DNA from: Candidatus Aenigmatarchaeota archaeon
Lineage (GTDB): Archaea > Aenigmatarchaeota > Aenigmatarchaeia > QMZP01
Direction of reading: 5' to 3'
Assembly: GCA_017609145.1 (NCBI GenBank)
Contig: JAFCEM010000002.1
Location: forward strand, 1-35,583
Length of the DNA: 35,583 nt
Shown here: piece after piece, positions 9,272 through 17,535 of the stretch
Numbering within the stretch: position 1 is the stretch's first letter
How the letters are laid out: every line of letters starts with the position of its first letter
Made by a program: the position numbers and the translations under genes
The notes under the pieces: generated by a model
What the model was told of the DNA's origin: nothing
What the model saw: the letters and a program-made list of their open reading frames with translations, nothing else
Databases searched by the model: none

Positions 9272-11920
9272 ATGGTTGAGTTTCAGTTACTTGATGTAGA
9301 TTATGTTAATGTTAATGGAAAACCAATCATAAGGATTTTCGGCAAGACCGAGGATGGAGAAAGCGTCTGTGCCTTTTATGAGAACTTTGTTCCATATTTT
9401 TATGCGGAAGATGGTGCAGACAGGGTTCTTGAGGGCGAACCACAGGTGATAGAAATGGAGAGGGTCACCAAAAAAATGGTGATGGGCTATAACGTGACCA
9501 AGCAGCTTTACAAAATAAAAATAAAGGATCCCTCGAAGACCCCGGAACTTCGTGAAAGGCTGTCCGCCAGCGGAATAAAGACATATGAAGCGGACATACT
9601 CTTCAAGTATCGCTTTTTGACTGACCTTGATATGCAATGCCTTGGGTGGATAAGAACGAACGTGGATAATGGCGCGGCAACGAATACCGTCTCTGTTGAT
9701 AAGAAAATAGAGCTCAAGGATATGGAAAAGTTGGATAAGGAAAAGGATGCCCCGCTAAAAATTATGGCATTTGACATAGAATGTATAGCTATGGAAGCCG
9801 GGAATGTACCGGATTCAAAGACGGATCCCATAATTCTAATATCAGTAGTATTCAGTGAACCATACAAGGGCCAGAAATCAATGGTTCTGGGCACCAGAAC
9901 TGGTAGGGGAGTTAATCCCTACACATCGGAAAAGGAAATGCTTGAGGGTTTTGTTAATATAATAAATGAATACGACCCGGATATAATAACCGGTTACAAT
10001 GTTAACAATTTTGATATACCTTATGTTGTTGAAAGAATGAGACAAAATAAGGTAAAGCCGGTTTTTGGAAGATGCAATGAAAAACAAGTTATGGCCAGAA
10101 AGATTGGAAATAGATACAAGGTATCGATATCTGGCAGGATCATTGTTGACAGTTTTGAGTTGGTGAAAAAAGATTTTTCTCTGAAAAGATACGGGCTTGA
10201 TTACGTGTCACAGAATCTGCTTAACGAAAAAAAGGTTGATGTAAAGCACTCGGAGATTGAAAGGTTATGGAAGGGTAGTACGGAAGAGTTTGAAAAATTG
10301 GTGAATTATTCCAGGGTTGATTCGGTGCTTGCAATGAATCTTGTACAGAAACTTAACTTAATTGATAAATACGTAGCTCTTTCAAAGATATCAGGCACCC
10401 TGTTACAGGATACGCTCAATATGGGTGAAACAACACGCATAGAGAATTTCCTTCTCAGAGAATTCAACAGACGCGGTTATGTATATTCCGGCAGACCTAA
10501 CCAAAGCGAGGTTTCGAGAAGGGAGAAGAACAGGAGAAAGGAACTGAAGGGTGGATTCGTCCTGGAGCCCGAGAAAGGCCTGCACTCATCTGTGCTTGTT
10601 CTTGACTTCAAGAGCATGTATCCTTCAATAATAAGAAGTTTCAACATATGTCCCACGACCCTTTTAACGAACGAGTCCCAAGAGCCGCCTGAGGATGTAA
10701 TAACAACCGTAGCGGGCACGAAATTCGTTTCAAAAAATGTTAAGGAAGGCATTATACCTCATGTGCTTGAAAAACTAATGAAGAAGAGGCAGGAGACCAA
10801 GCGCGCCCTGAAGAAAGAAAAGGATCCTGCAAAGAAAAAGAGTCTTCATGCGCGCCAATGGGCACTCAAAATACTGGCGAACGCCTTTTACGGGCATATG
10901 GGATATGTGAGGGCAAAAATATACAACTTGGATATAGCTAATACCATAACATCCAGCGGCAGGGATATAATACACAAAACAAAAACAGAGATCGAAAAGA
11001 AATATGGATATAAGGTTGTTTATGGTGATACGGATTCTGTAATGGTTAAAGTTGATAATGAAACTGACATGCAGAAAATCAGACAAATCGGTACAGAGAT
11101 ATCAAAACATATTACAGAAAAACTGCCGGGATACCTTGAACTTGAGTTTGAAAAGTTCTTTAAGCAGTTCCTTCCCTTAACCAAGAAAAGATATGTTGCA
11201 TGGAAATTTGAGCCTGATGGTGATGGCTGGCAGGAAGGTATAGAAATGAAGGGGATAGAAACCGTGAGAAGGGACTGGTGTGACTTGGTATCTGAGACGC
11301 TCAGTGAGATTATAGAGATTATACTGAAGAAGGGTGATGTAAAAGGAGCTTTGGAATATTTCAAATCCGTGATCAAGAACCTTATGCGAAACAAAATTCC
11401 TACGGAAAAACTGGTCATAACAAAGACCATAACCAAGGCGCCTGGCAAGTATGAAGGTATACAACCACATATAGAAGCGGCAAAAAAAATTACAGCAAGG
11501 AATCCCAACGAAGCGCCTGGTATAGGCGACAGGATTGGCTATGTGATAATCAAAGGCACTGACATGCTTTCAAAGAGGGCGGAAGACCCGACCTTTGTCG
11601 CTGAAAGGGGGATTGAAATTGATCCAAAGTATTACATAGAGAATCAGTTGCTGCCTCCTATGGAAAGGATATTTTCTGTTCTCAGCATATCCAAGTCCGA
11701 GCTTCTCGGGAACGGGAAGCAAATGGGGCTCATGGAAGCCATCAATAATTACAACGAAACCAATCATATAAAGGTGCTCCCACGAACTGAGACCAATGGT
11801 TTTATATGCACCAAGTGCAGCAAATTCTATCCAAGGATACCTCTCGTAGGCACATGTGAATGTGGAGGGGAGCTTGCTTTTTCATCACCCAAAGGCATGG
11901 TCAAACAGGTCACATTATGA
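9272..11920 (+). CDS. polB: Family B DNA polymerase with an extra C-terminal Cys4 zinc ribbon
   Basis: Exo I FDIE, Exo II NVNNFDIPY, Exo III YSRVDS. Pol A DFKSMYPSI, Pol B KILANAFYG, Pol C YGDTDS, and KKRY. A further ~55 aa follow the usual archaeal PolB end and contain CTKC-x12-CEC. Confidence 0.95.
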   Translation: MVEFQLLDVDYVNVNGKPIIRIFGKTEDGESVCAFYENFVPYFYAEDGADRVLEGEPQVIEMERVTKKMVMGYNVTKQLYKIKIKDPSKTPELRERLSASGIKTYEADILFKYRFLTDLDMQCLGWIRTNVDNGAATNTVSVDKKIELKDMEKLDKEKDAPLKIMAFDIECIAMEAGNVPDSKTDPIILISVVFSEPYKGQKSMVLGTRTGRGVNPYTSEKEMLEGFVNIINEYDPDIITGYNVNNFDIPYVVERMRQNKVKPVFGRCNEKQVMARKIGNRYKVSISGRIIVDSFELVKKDFSLKRYGLDYVSQNLLNEKKVDVKHSEIERLWKGSTEEFEKLVNYSRVDSVLAMNLVQKLNLIDKYVALSKISGTLLQDTLNMGETTRIENFLLREFNRRGYVYSGRPNQSEVSRREKNRRKELKGGFVLEPEKGLHSSVLVLDFKSMYPSIIRSFNICPTTLLTNESQEPPEDVITTVAGTKFVSKNVKEGIIPHVLEKLMKKRQETKRALKKEKDPAKKKSLHARQWALKILANAFYGHMGYVRAKIYNLDIANTITSSGRDIIHKTKTEIEKKYGYKVVYGDTDSVMVKVDNETDMQKIRQIGTEISKHITEKLPGYLELEFEKFFKQFLPLTKKRYVAWKFEPDGDGWQEGIEMKGIETVRRDWCDLVSETLSEIIEIILKKGDVKGALEYFKSVIKNLMRNKIPTEKLVITKTITKAPGKYEGIQPHIEAAKKITARNPNEAPGIGDRIGYVIIKGTDMLSKRAEDPTFVAERGIEIDPKYYIENQLLPPMERIFSVLSISKSELLGNGKQMGLMEAINNYNETNHIKVLPRTETNGFICTKCSKFYPRIPLVGTCECGGELAFSSPKGMVKQVTL

Positions 11921-11964
11921 ACTTCATGTGCATTCCGGTTAAGCTGGAATGAAAGACATGGTTT

Positions 11965-12064
11965 TTCCACACGCAACCAGGGGGTGTTTCCACATGAAAT
12001 GTGTTACTTCACAGCAAATTCATTTCAGTATCATGCGAGCTTCTCCACATGAAATAAAGGGGTG
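11965..12064 (+). repeat. Cluster of three direct ORB-like (origin recognition box-like) elements
   Basis: TTCCACACGCAACCAGGGGGTG (11965-11986), TTTCCACATGAAAT (11987-12000) and TCTCCACATGAAATAAAGGGGTG (12042-12064). The 12-mer TCCACATGAAAT is identical at 11989-12000 and 12044-12055. Two elements carry a G-string, as canonical ORBs do. Confidence 0.45.
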
Positions 12065-12099
12065 TTAGGTGTGTGATATTCATATTACTTAATATTGCT

Positions 12100-13320
12100 T
12101 CATATACCAAAGAGTCCCAACAGGAATATGTTCATACCAGAGAAATAGAGTATTGTAGGTAATATAAGGAATCCCATTAAGTGTGTTCTCCTTATCCCCG
12201 AAAGAATTGCCAGAAGCCCTATGCAGGTTCCCACAAATGCCACAAGTATGCCTGTCGGTCCTGAGAACAGGAGTATGAGAGCAACAAGCAGAGCGATAAC
12301 ACACTTGTTTATGATATCGTAATTGAGTTTGCTTATTCTTCTTATCATAAATCTGCCTATCTTTATTGTCAAAAACGCAGAGACAAAGCATGCAATCACA
12401 CCAACGCAAACAAGGAGTATTATGTCATGAATGGTTATGCTCTCAACTAGTTGTGATATAGCCCATGAAGCCCCTGAGCGGGTTTTCCCAAGCGTATAAA
12501 ACACTATAAACGTGAAGAATATGTTGGCTGTGTTTATTCCCCCAAGGGCCGTAAGGAAGTCCTTTGTCTTTGCCTTAAATAACTGGGCTGCTATGACGCC
12601 TGCCTGGGCTGCACCAATACCGGGCAGAATTCCCGTTATCATGCCAGCGAACCAGCCCGCCAAGGAGCCCTTCAAATGGCTGGTATTGAGGTTCCTACAT
12701 TCCTGTTGGGGTGGTATTCTGGTTTTGTTCACTGCGGTTATTAACAAGGCGCTAAAACCAAACAGACCGGTTAGTGCGGGAAAAAGTGCTGTTTCCGATG
12801 GCAATGTATTCAGGGTAACGAACCCGAACAATCCCGCAAGGAGAAAGACCAGGAAAGAAGCAAGCCTGTTTTTGTCGGATATGCACATCCATACAGCGAT
12901 GAAGATAAGTATTGCATGTATAAAGGTGTGAAGAATTTCATAACCATTTGGTAGGATATAGAGAAGCAGAGGGAAGGTGAGGATTGTAAGCAGTGTCACA
13001 CCCACACCACCACAAACGGTAAGGAATAGGGCTTCATATCCTCTTCCCTCCAGAAGAAGCTTGTGACTCGGCAGCACTGACAAACAGGAATCCGCTTCGG
13101 GTGCGCCGAACAATATTGTTGGTATGAAGTTCGTGAATGTGTTACTCAGTGCTGTTGATATTATAAAAACCAGAATACAGGAAGCCGGGAAGATTGCCAT
13201 AAGTGGTGAAAAGGAAAGTATAATGATGAAAATGGTATTGGGGTGCAGGCCCGGTATCAGCCCTGTTATAGTGCCCATGGATACACCAAGGAAAAGAAAA
13301 AGCAGCATTTCAAGAAACAT
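12100..13320 (-). CDS. TctA-family-like (DUF112) polytopic membrane protein
   Basis: About 10 predicted TM helices, with repeated TGLIPGLHPN and TGILPGIGAAQAG motifs typical of TctA-like proteins. Assigned from memory of the family. Confidence 0.55.
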   Translation of the reverse strand: MFLEMLLFLFLGVSMGTITGLIPGLHPNTIFIIILSFSPLMAIFPASCILVFIISTALSNTFTNFIPTILFGAPEADSCLSVLPSHKLLLEGRGYEALFLTVCGGVGVTLLTILTFPLLLYILPNGYEILHTFIHAILIFIAVWMCISDKNRLASFLVFLLAGLFGFVTLNTLPSETALFPALTGLFGFSALLITAVNKTRIPPQQECRNLNTSHLKGSLAGWFAGMITGILPGIGAAQAGVIAAQLFKAKTKDFLTALGGINTANIFFTFIVFYTLGKTRSGASWAISQLVESITIHDIILLVCVGVIACFVSAFLTIKIGRFMIRRISKLNYDIINKCVIALLVALILLFSGPTGILVAFVGTCIGLLAILSGIRRTHLMGFLILPTILYFSGMNIFLLGLFGI

Positions 13321-13325
13321 GTTAT

Positions 13326-14288
13326 TTACCTAATTTTTTGGAATTTGGTTTCGTGTGACCAGAGATTCACCAGAGCTGTGGTTTCCCTGTCGCAGGATAT
13401 TATATTCACACCCTTGTAGTTCTCGTTCCATGTATTCTTCTGCAGCAACCAGAACACGGTTGGAATGGGGTTTATAAGATGTGGGTCATTGGGAGGACGT
13501 ATTTCATTTTTGTTTGGAGAAAGATGCCTCTTTCTGAGCCAGGAGATTGCCTTTTCCGGCGTGGCATCTTCAGTAGGGGAATAGAATAGTATATTTATTT
13601 TCGTGGTTTTCTTTGAGATGCCTATCCAGCATGGGTTATGGGGACAGGTTATTATCCTCCTGGACTTCTTGCTTGGTGTGGCCGGAGTAATTATAAAACC
13701 CACACTACCCATGGCCTCAATCTCCTGTGTCAGTTGTGCTGTAAGAATGATATTGATATCAATTCTTTCAGGTTTGTTGCTAAGGGGCACATCAGGCAGT
13801 ACTACTTCCCTTGCAAACATCTTCCCTTCTTTCACAGAACCGGTGAGTCCTATCACATCATCAACCGCAACATGGTTGGTATTTTCGCCTTGTAGTATGA
13901 CAGGAATCTCTCCTGTAGGGTCTTCCAATATCATACCGCTGGGGGTTAGCTCCCTGACCATTCCTATAACAGAAATCTCTGAGAAAGCAGACTTTGCATT
14001 GTTTATTGAAACCGCATTGAGCTTGGCTGACAACATTTCCTTGATGGTGTTGTATCTGGTCTTGTAATAATCAGTAAAATCCTGAACCCCCAGCTTGTTT
14101 TTTGTTTTGGTTTTTGTAACGCGTGCCGAAGGGGCGGATTCGTCGGTTTTGGTGAATACAATCTCATCCGACTGCCCTGCGCTATGTAGGAGCTGTCGCA
14201 TCCTGTCTTCATTCAGGTTTTCAACAAGCTCGGGAGAGAGCAACACACCGGATTTCAGAAGCAGCCTGAGCATTTCCTTCTTGTCCAT
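13326..14288 (-). CDS. DNA polymerase II (PolD) small subunit DP1-like protein, shortened and lacking phosphodiesterase motifs
   Basis: DP1-like N-terminal helical region (MDKKEMLRLLLKSGVLLSPELV). OB-fold core ISVIGMVRELTPSGMILEDPTGEIPVIL...VIGLTGSVKEGKMFAREVVLPDVPL. Conserved late motif WLRKRHLSP. No DxH, GDxxD, GNHD or GHxH motifs. The start at ATG 14288 is preferred over 14321 because a TATA-like TTAAATTTTTT on the coding (minus) strand lies about 20-30 nt upstream of it. Confidence 0.65.
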   Translation of the reverse strand: MDKKEMLRLLLKSGVLLSPELVENLNEDRMRQLLHSAGQSDEIVFTKTDESAPSARVTKTKTKNKLGVQDFTDYYKTRYNTIKEMLSAKLNAVSINNAKSAFSEISVIGMVRELTPSGMILEDPTGEIPVILQGENTNHVAVDDVIGLTGSVKEGKMFAREVVLPDVPLSNKPERIDINIILTAQLTQEIEAMGSVGFIITPATPSKKSRRIITCPHNPCWIGISKKTTKINILFYSPTEDATPEKAISWLRKRHLSPNKNEIRPPNDPHLINPIPTVFWLLQKNTWNENYKGVNIISCDRETTALVNLWSHETKFQKIR

Positions 14289-14348
14289 GGTTAGATTTGT
14301 GAGTAAAAAATTTAAGAGCATACCGAAACGTAAATAACTCGTAAATAA

Positions 14349-15551
14349 CTAAAAGAGGGAGCGCTCCTGTAGTATTTTCTTGATCCTGCCTGTTATTGCT
14401 TTGTTTGAGGGTATTGTTATCTCCCTCGTTCTCCCGTACCTGCCCCTAGATATCACCCTTGCATTGATTACACCAAGCATGTCAAGTTCGGCCACAAGGT
14501 CTGATATCCTTCTTTGTGTGAGCGGCCTTATGGCACACTGTCTGCATATCTTTTCATAATACACGAAAACGTCTCCGGTCTGTATGTTCTGGTGGCCGTC
14601 TTCAGTAAGCTTGATTATGGCTGATAACACAGACTGTGACTGTCTTGGCTGGCTCTTAACTATTTCTTCAACCCTGTCCATATCCAGCCGTTCCTCTGCC
14701 ATGTCAATATACTCGGTTCCTATCTTGAGTGCCCCGGACCTTTCCGCAATCTCACCAGCTATCCTCAGAAGGTCAAGCGCGCGGCGGGCGTCGCCGTGCT
14801 CCTGCGCGGCAAGGGCAGAACACTTAGATAAAACCCCCTCTTCAAGCACATTCTCGTTGAAGGCATCCAGTGCCCGCTCCCCGAGTATGTCCTTTAGTTG
14901 GTTTGCGTTGTAGGGGGAGAATATTATCTCTTCTTCCGACAGCGAGGACTTGACCCTGGGGTCGATATCGTTCATGAAGGTTGTGTTGTTGGATATGCCT
15001 ATAATCGATAGTTTGGCGTTCTTGAGTTCCTGGTTTATTCTCGTAAGATTGTAGAGAATCTCGTCCCCGGCCTTTTCGATAAGGACATCAATCTCATCGA
15101 GCACGAGTATCACACTCTGTTTTCTGGAATCAAGCGCATTGAAGAACATGTTATAGATGTGGTCGGTTGGCAGGCCGGTTGGTGGGACGAAAAGCCCAAG
15201 TTTTCGTGTGAGTTCGGCAAGCAGCCTGTATTCAGTGTCCGACACCTTCTTCATCTTGCAGTTTACATAAAGTATCCTGACGTTTTCTGATGCCTTTTCG
15301 AGCTCTGACGCAACATACTTCATCGATACACTCTTGCCTGTGCCAACAGTGCCGAATAGGAACATATTGGACGTCTTCTCCCCCCTGAGGCTCGGTGCGA
15401 GCGTCTCCGCTATCTGTTTTATCTCCCTCTCACGGTGAAGAATGTGGTCAGGCATATAGTGGTCTGTCAGGCTTTCCTTGTTCCTGAATATGCTCTTCCT
15501 TTCAATATACTGCTTAAATATTTGATTTAGATTGAGCTGAGTTGCTGGCAT
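14349..15551 (-). CDS. cdc6: Orc1/Cdc6 replication initiator
   Basis: AAA+ Walker A FGTVGTGKS, Walker B VLDEID, sensor regions and a C-terminal winged helix (ISDLVAELDMLGVINARVISRGRYGRT). Confidence 0.95.
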   Translation of the reverse strand: MPATQLNLNQIFKQYIERKSIFRNKESLTDHYMPDHILHREREIKQIAETLAPSLRGEKTSNMFLFGTVGTGKSVSMKYVASELEKASENVRILYVNCKMKKVSDTEYRLLAELTRKLGLFVPPTGLPTDHIYNMFFNALDSRKQSVILVLDEIDVLIEKAGDEILYNLTRINQELKNAKLSIIGISNNTTFMNDIDPRVKSSLSEEEIIFSPYNANQLKDILGERALDAFNENVLEEGVLSKCSALAAQEHGDARRALDLLRIAGEIAERSGALKIGTEYIDMAEERLDMDRVEEIVKSQPRQSQSVLSAIIKLTEDGHQNIQTGDVFVYYEKICRQCAIRPLTQRRISDLVAELDMLGVINARVISRGRYGRTREITIPSNKAITGRIKKILQERSLF

Positions 15552-15584
15552 AAATTCTATATGAAACCATTATTTAAATTGTTT

Positions 15585-15775
15585 TCCAAACAATTTCATG
15601 TGCAGTTCATATGGATAGCAGACCACCCCACAGTTTCTCATGGAAACAGCACACAACAACAAACATTCGAAAAGAAAAACAACTATAACATTGTTATATT
15701 ATAATTAATAAAATTATTTTATTTTATTAAGCAATTCCACAGGAAATCATGGTGTGGTGTTCCAGTAGTTCCGAA
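15585..15775. other. Probable chromosomal replication origin (oriC): inverted ORB-like boxes flanking an AT-rich unwinding element
   Basis: Minus-oriented CACATGAAAT (15593-15602) and TTTCCATGAGAAACTGTGGGGTGG (15623-15646). A near-pure AT tract at 15691-15730 has one G in 40 nt. Plus-oriented TTCCACAGGAAATCATGGTGTGGTG (15735-15759) and TTCCAGTAGTTCC (15760-15772). The region lies immediately upstream of cdc6. Confidence 0.6.
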
Positions 15776-16061
15776 TGGCAAAATCAAATGTTTTGGTTTC
15801 TAGTTAATACACTACTCTTATATTCCGGTTTGATTAGTAACTCTTTGGGTGTATTATCAGGCCCTAATAAGAGTTTTGTAATATCCTTGTATAGTGATTT
15901 TCTCCTTCAATCACAATCTTCTTGTAATTCAATATCAATTATCCCACACTAATATCCAATGATACTTAATTATCGATATTTTGTCTATTTTCGGGTTGGT
16001 GTATTATATTTTTGGTAAACATCAAACCCAAACCTTAAAAAACCACAACTAATTATTTAAT

Positions 16062-16745
16062 ATGAAAATGATTGTATTCGCTGATGTGCATGGGGACTTT
16101 GACACCCTGTCCTCTGTACTTGAGAAAATTAGCAAGAACGATGTTGAAGAGGCAGACCTTGTTGTGTGCCCAGGTGATTTTACGGATATGTTCTCAACAC
16201 CTGAGGAATTTTCTCAGATGGATATAGCTGATATGGTTCTCCAGCGACTGATGTCTCTGGGCAAGCCCCTACTCTGCATCCCCGGAAACCATGACCCCTA
16301 TGAAATTCTCAATGAATTTGATGAGTTTGGTGTGAACCTTCACAACAAAACCAAAACAATAAACAACATAAAATTCGTCGGTTGGGGTGGTGCCGCAACC
16401 CCCTTTGATACCATCTTCGAGCCGCCCGAGCCTGAGACAAAAGAAGCCCTTGAAACACTTGGTGAGGGGATTGATTCCAAATTCGTGCTCATCATCCACA
16501 ATCCACCAAAGGATACGAAAGTGGATATGGTGAGCTCCGGGGAGCACGTCGGCTCCCAGGCCATAAGAGATTTCGTTGCAGAGAAGCAGCCGATTCTCGC
16601 AGTGTCTGCACATATACACGAAGCCACGGGTACTGATAAACTTGGAAAAACAACACTATTCAATCCAGGACCTGTTTTTAACAGGCAGTACGGTGTTGTC
16701 GAGATAAAAGGGAACAATGTAAATTGTAGAATAAAAAAAGTTTAG
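16062..16745 (+). CDS. Calcineurin-like metallophosphoesterase
   Basis: All five motifs are present: ADVHGD, PGDFTD, GNHD, HNPP and SAHIHE. Confidence 0.85.
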   Translation: MKMIVFADVHGDFDTLSSVLEKISKNDVEEADLVVCPGDFTDMFSTPEEFSQMDIADMVLQRLMSLGKPLLCIPGNHDPYEILNEFDEFGVNLHNKTKTINNIKFVGWGGAATPFDTIFEPPEPETKEALETLGEGIDSKFVLIIHNPPKDTKVDMVSSGEHVGSQAIRDFVAEKQPILAVSAHIHEATGTDKLGKTTLFNPGPVFNRQYGVVEIKGNNVNCRIKKV

Positions 16746-17479
16746 TGGTCCAGTTTTTGGAGGTTTTCCACTATCTTATCAACACTATCGAATCTGCACA
16801 CTGTAAGTGGTATGCCCTCTGCATCAGCTATCCTTTTGGCAATCTCATCAACCATATTGAGCCCGTGAAGCACAATAATTGGTGGATGAAGATTGGTAAC
16901 CTTCACGGCGACCATCGGTGTTTTCCCTGTAGATACCTTTGTAAATATCATGGCCCTTTGTGTTGTCATCCCATAGAGTTTGATGAGCTCCGAAAATGAA
17001 AGCTCTGTTATGGCTTTGAGGGAGTCGATTATAGTGTAACCATATATCTTCTGATTAAGCTTCTGGTTGTTTTTCGTGACAAATGTAGCATTTATTTGCT
17101 TGCAGAAATCGTAAATACTGATACCGGAAGAGAATTCCTTAATATCGATTATAGCATTGGAAAGTGGTCTGGAAGAGGAATCGTGCTTCACAAAGGTCTT
17201 TATCACATTACCTCCCCTTTTCATGTCTATGGAGATGAGTGTGTTGATGTACTTTTTGATTACCTTGATGCCGGGTGACTTTCTCCTCCCAGACTCGTAA
17301 TCGGAAACAACTGAAGATGTTATACCGAGCTCGTTTGCCAGGTTTTTCTGTGATATCTTGAATATATTTCTCCATTTCTTTATGACCTTTTCCGGACTGT
17401 CCGATGTTACTATCTCACCTGCTATATCCCTCACAAGTTTATCCTTCGCAATAGAATTTTCGTCAGTTAACTCATCCAT
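16742..17479 (-). CDS. XRE-type HTH transcriptional regulator (archaeal conserved family)
   Basis: HTH segment ISQKNLANELGITSSVVSDYESGRR followed by a ~150 aa C-terminal domain. Confidence 0.65.
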   Translation of the reverse strand: MDELTDENSIAKDKLVRDIAGEIVTSDSPEKVIKKWRNIFKISQKNLANELGITSSVVSDYESGRRKSPGIKVIKKYINTLISIDMKRGGNVIKTFVKHDSSSRPLSNAIIDIKEFSSGISIYDFCKQINATFVTKNNQKLNQKIYGYTIIDSLKAITELSFSELIKLYGMTTQRAMIFTKVSTGKTPMVAVKVTNLHPPIIVLHGLNMVDEIAKRIADAEGIPLTVCRFDSVDKIVENLQKLDH

Positions 17480-17535
17480 ATTCGGTAATTAACTTATATG
17501 TATTTAAATTTATTCCAAATCCCTATATTATAACC

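Noticed and set aside
11931-11951. Hairpin CATTCC-n9-GGAATG right after the polB stop, as an intrinsic terminator
   Set aside because: Archaeal termination relies mainly on oligo-T tracts, and none follows the hairpin. It was kept only as a note within the ORB-cluster finding.
15749-15952. 67-aa ORF in the cdc6-proximal intergenic region
   Set aside because: It starts inside the ORB boxes, has a low-complexity translation and has no SD or TATA context. It is more likely non-coding origin-flanking DNA.
16051-16065. 15-nt word AATTATTTAATATGA identical at 16051-16065 and 25841-25855, both spanning a start codon
   Set aside because: There is no similarity beyond the 15-mer, and both copies sit in AT-rich leaderless start contexts. 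It is most simply a shared promoter-proximal or initiation context, or chance in AT-rich DNA, and not a mobile repeat.
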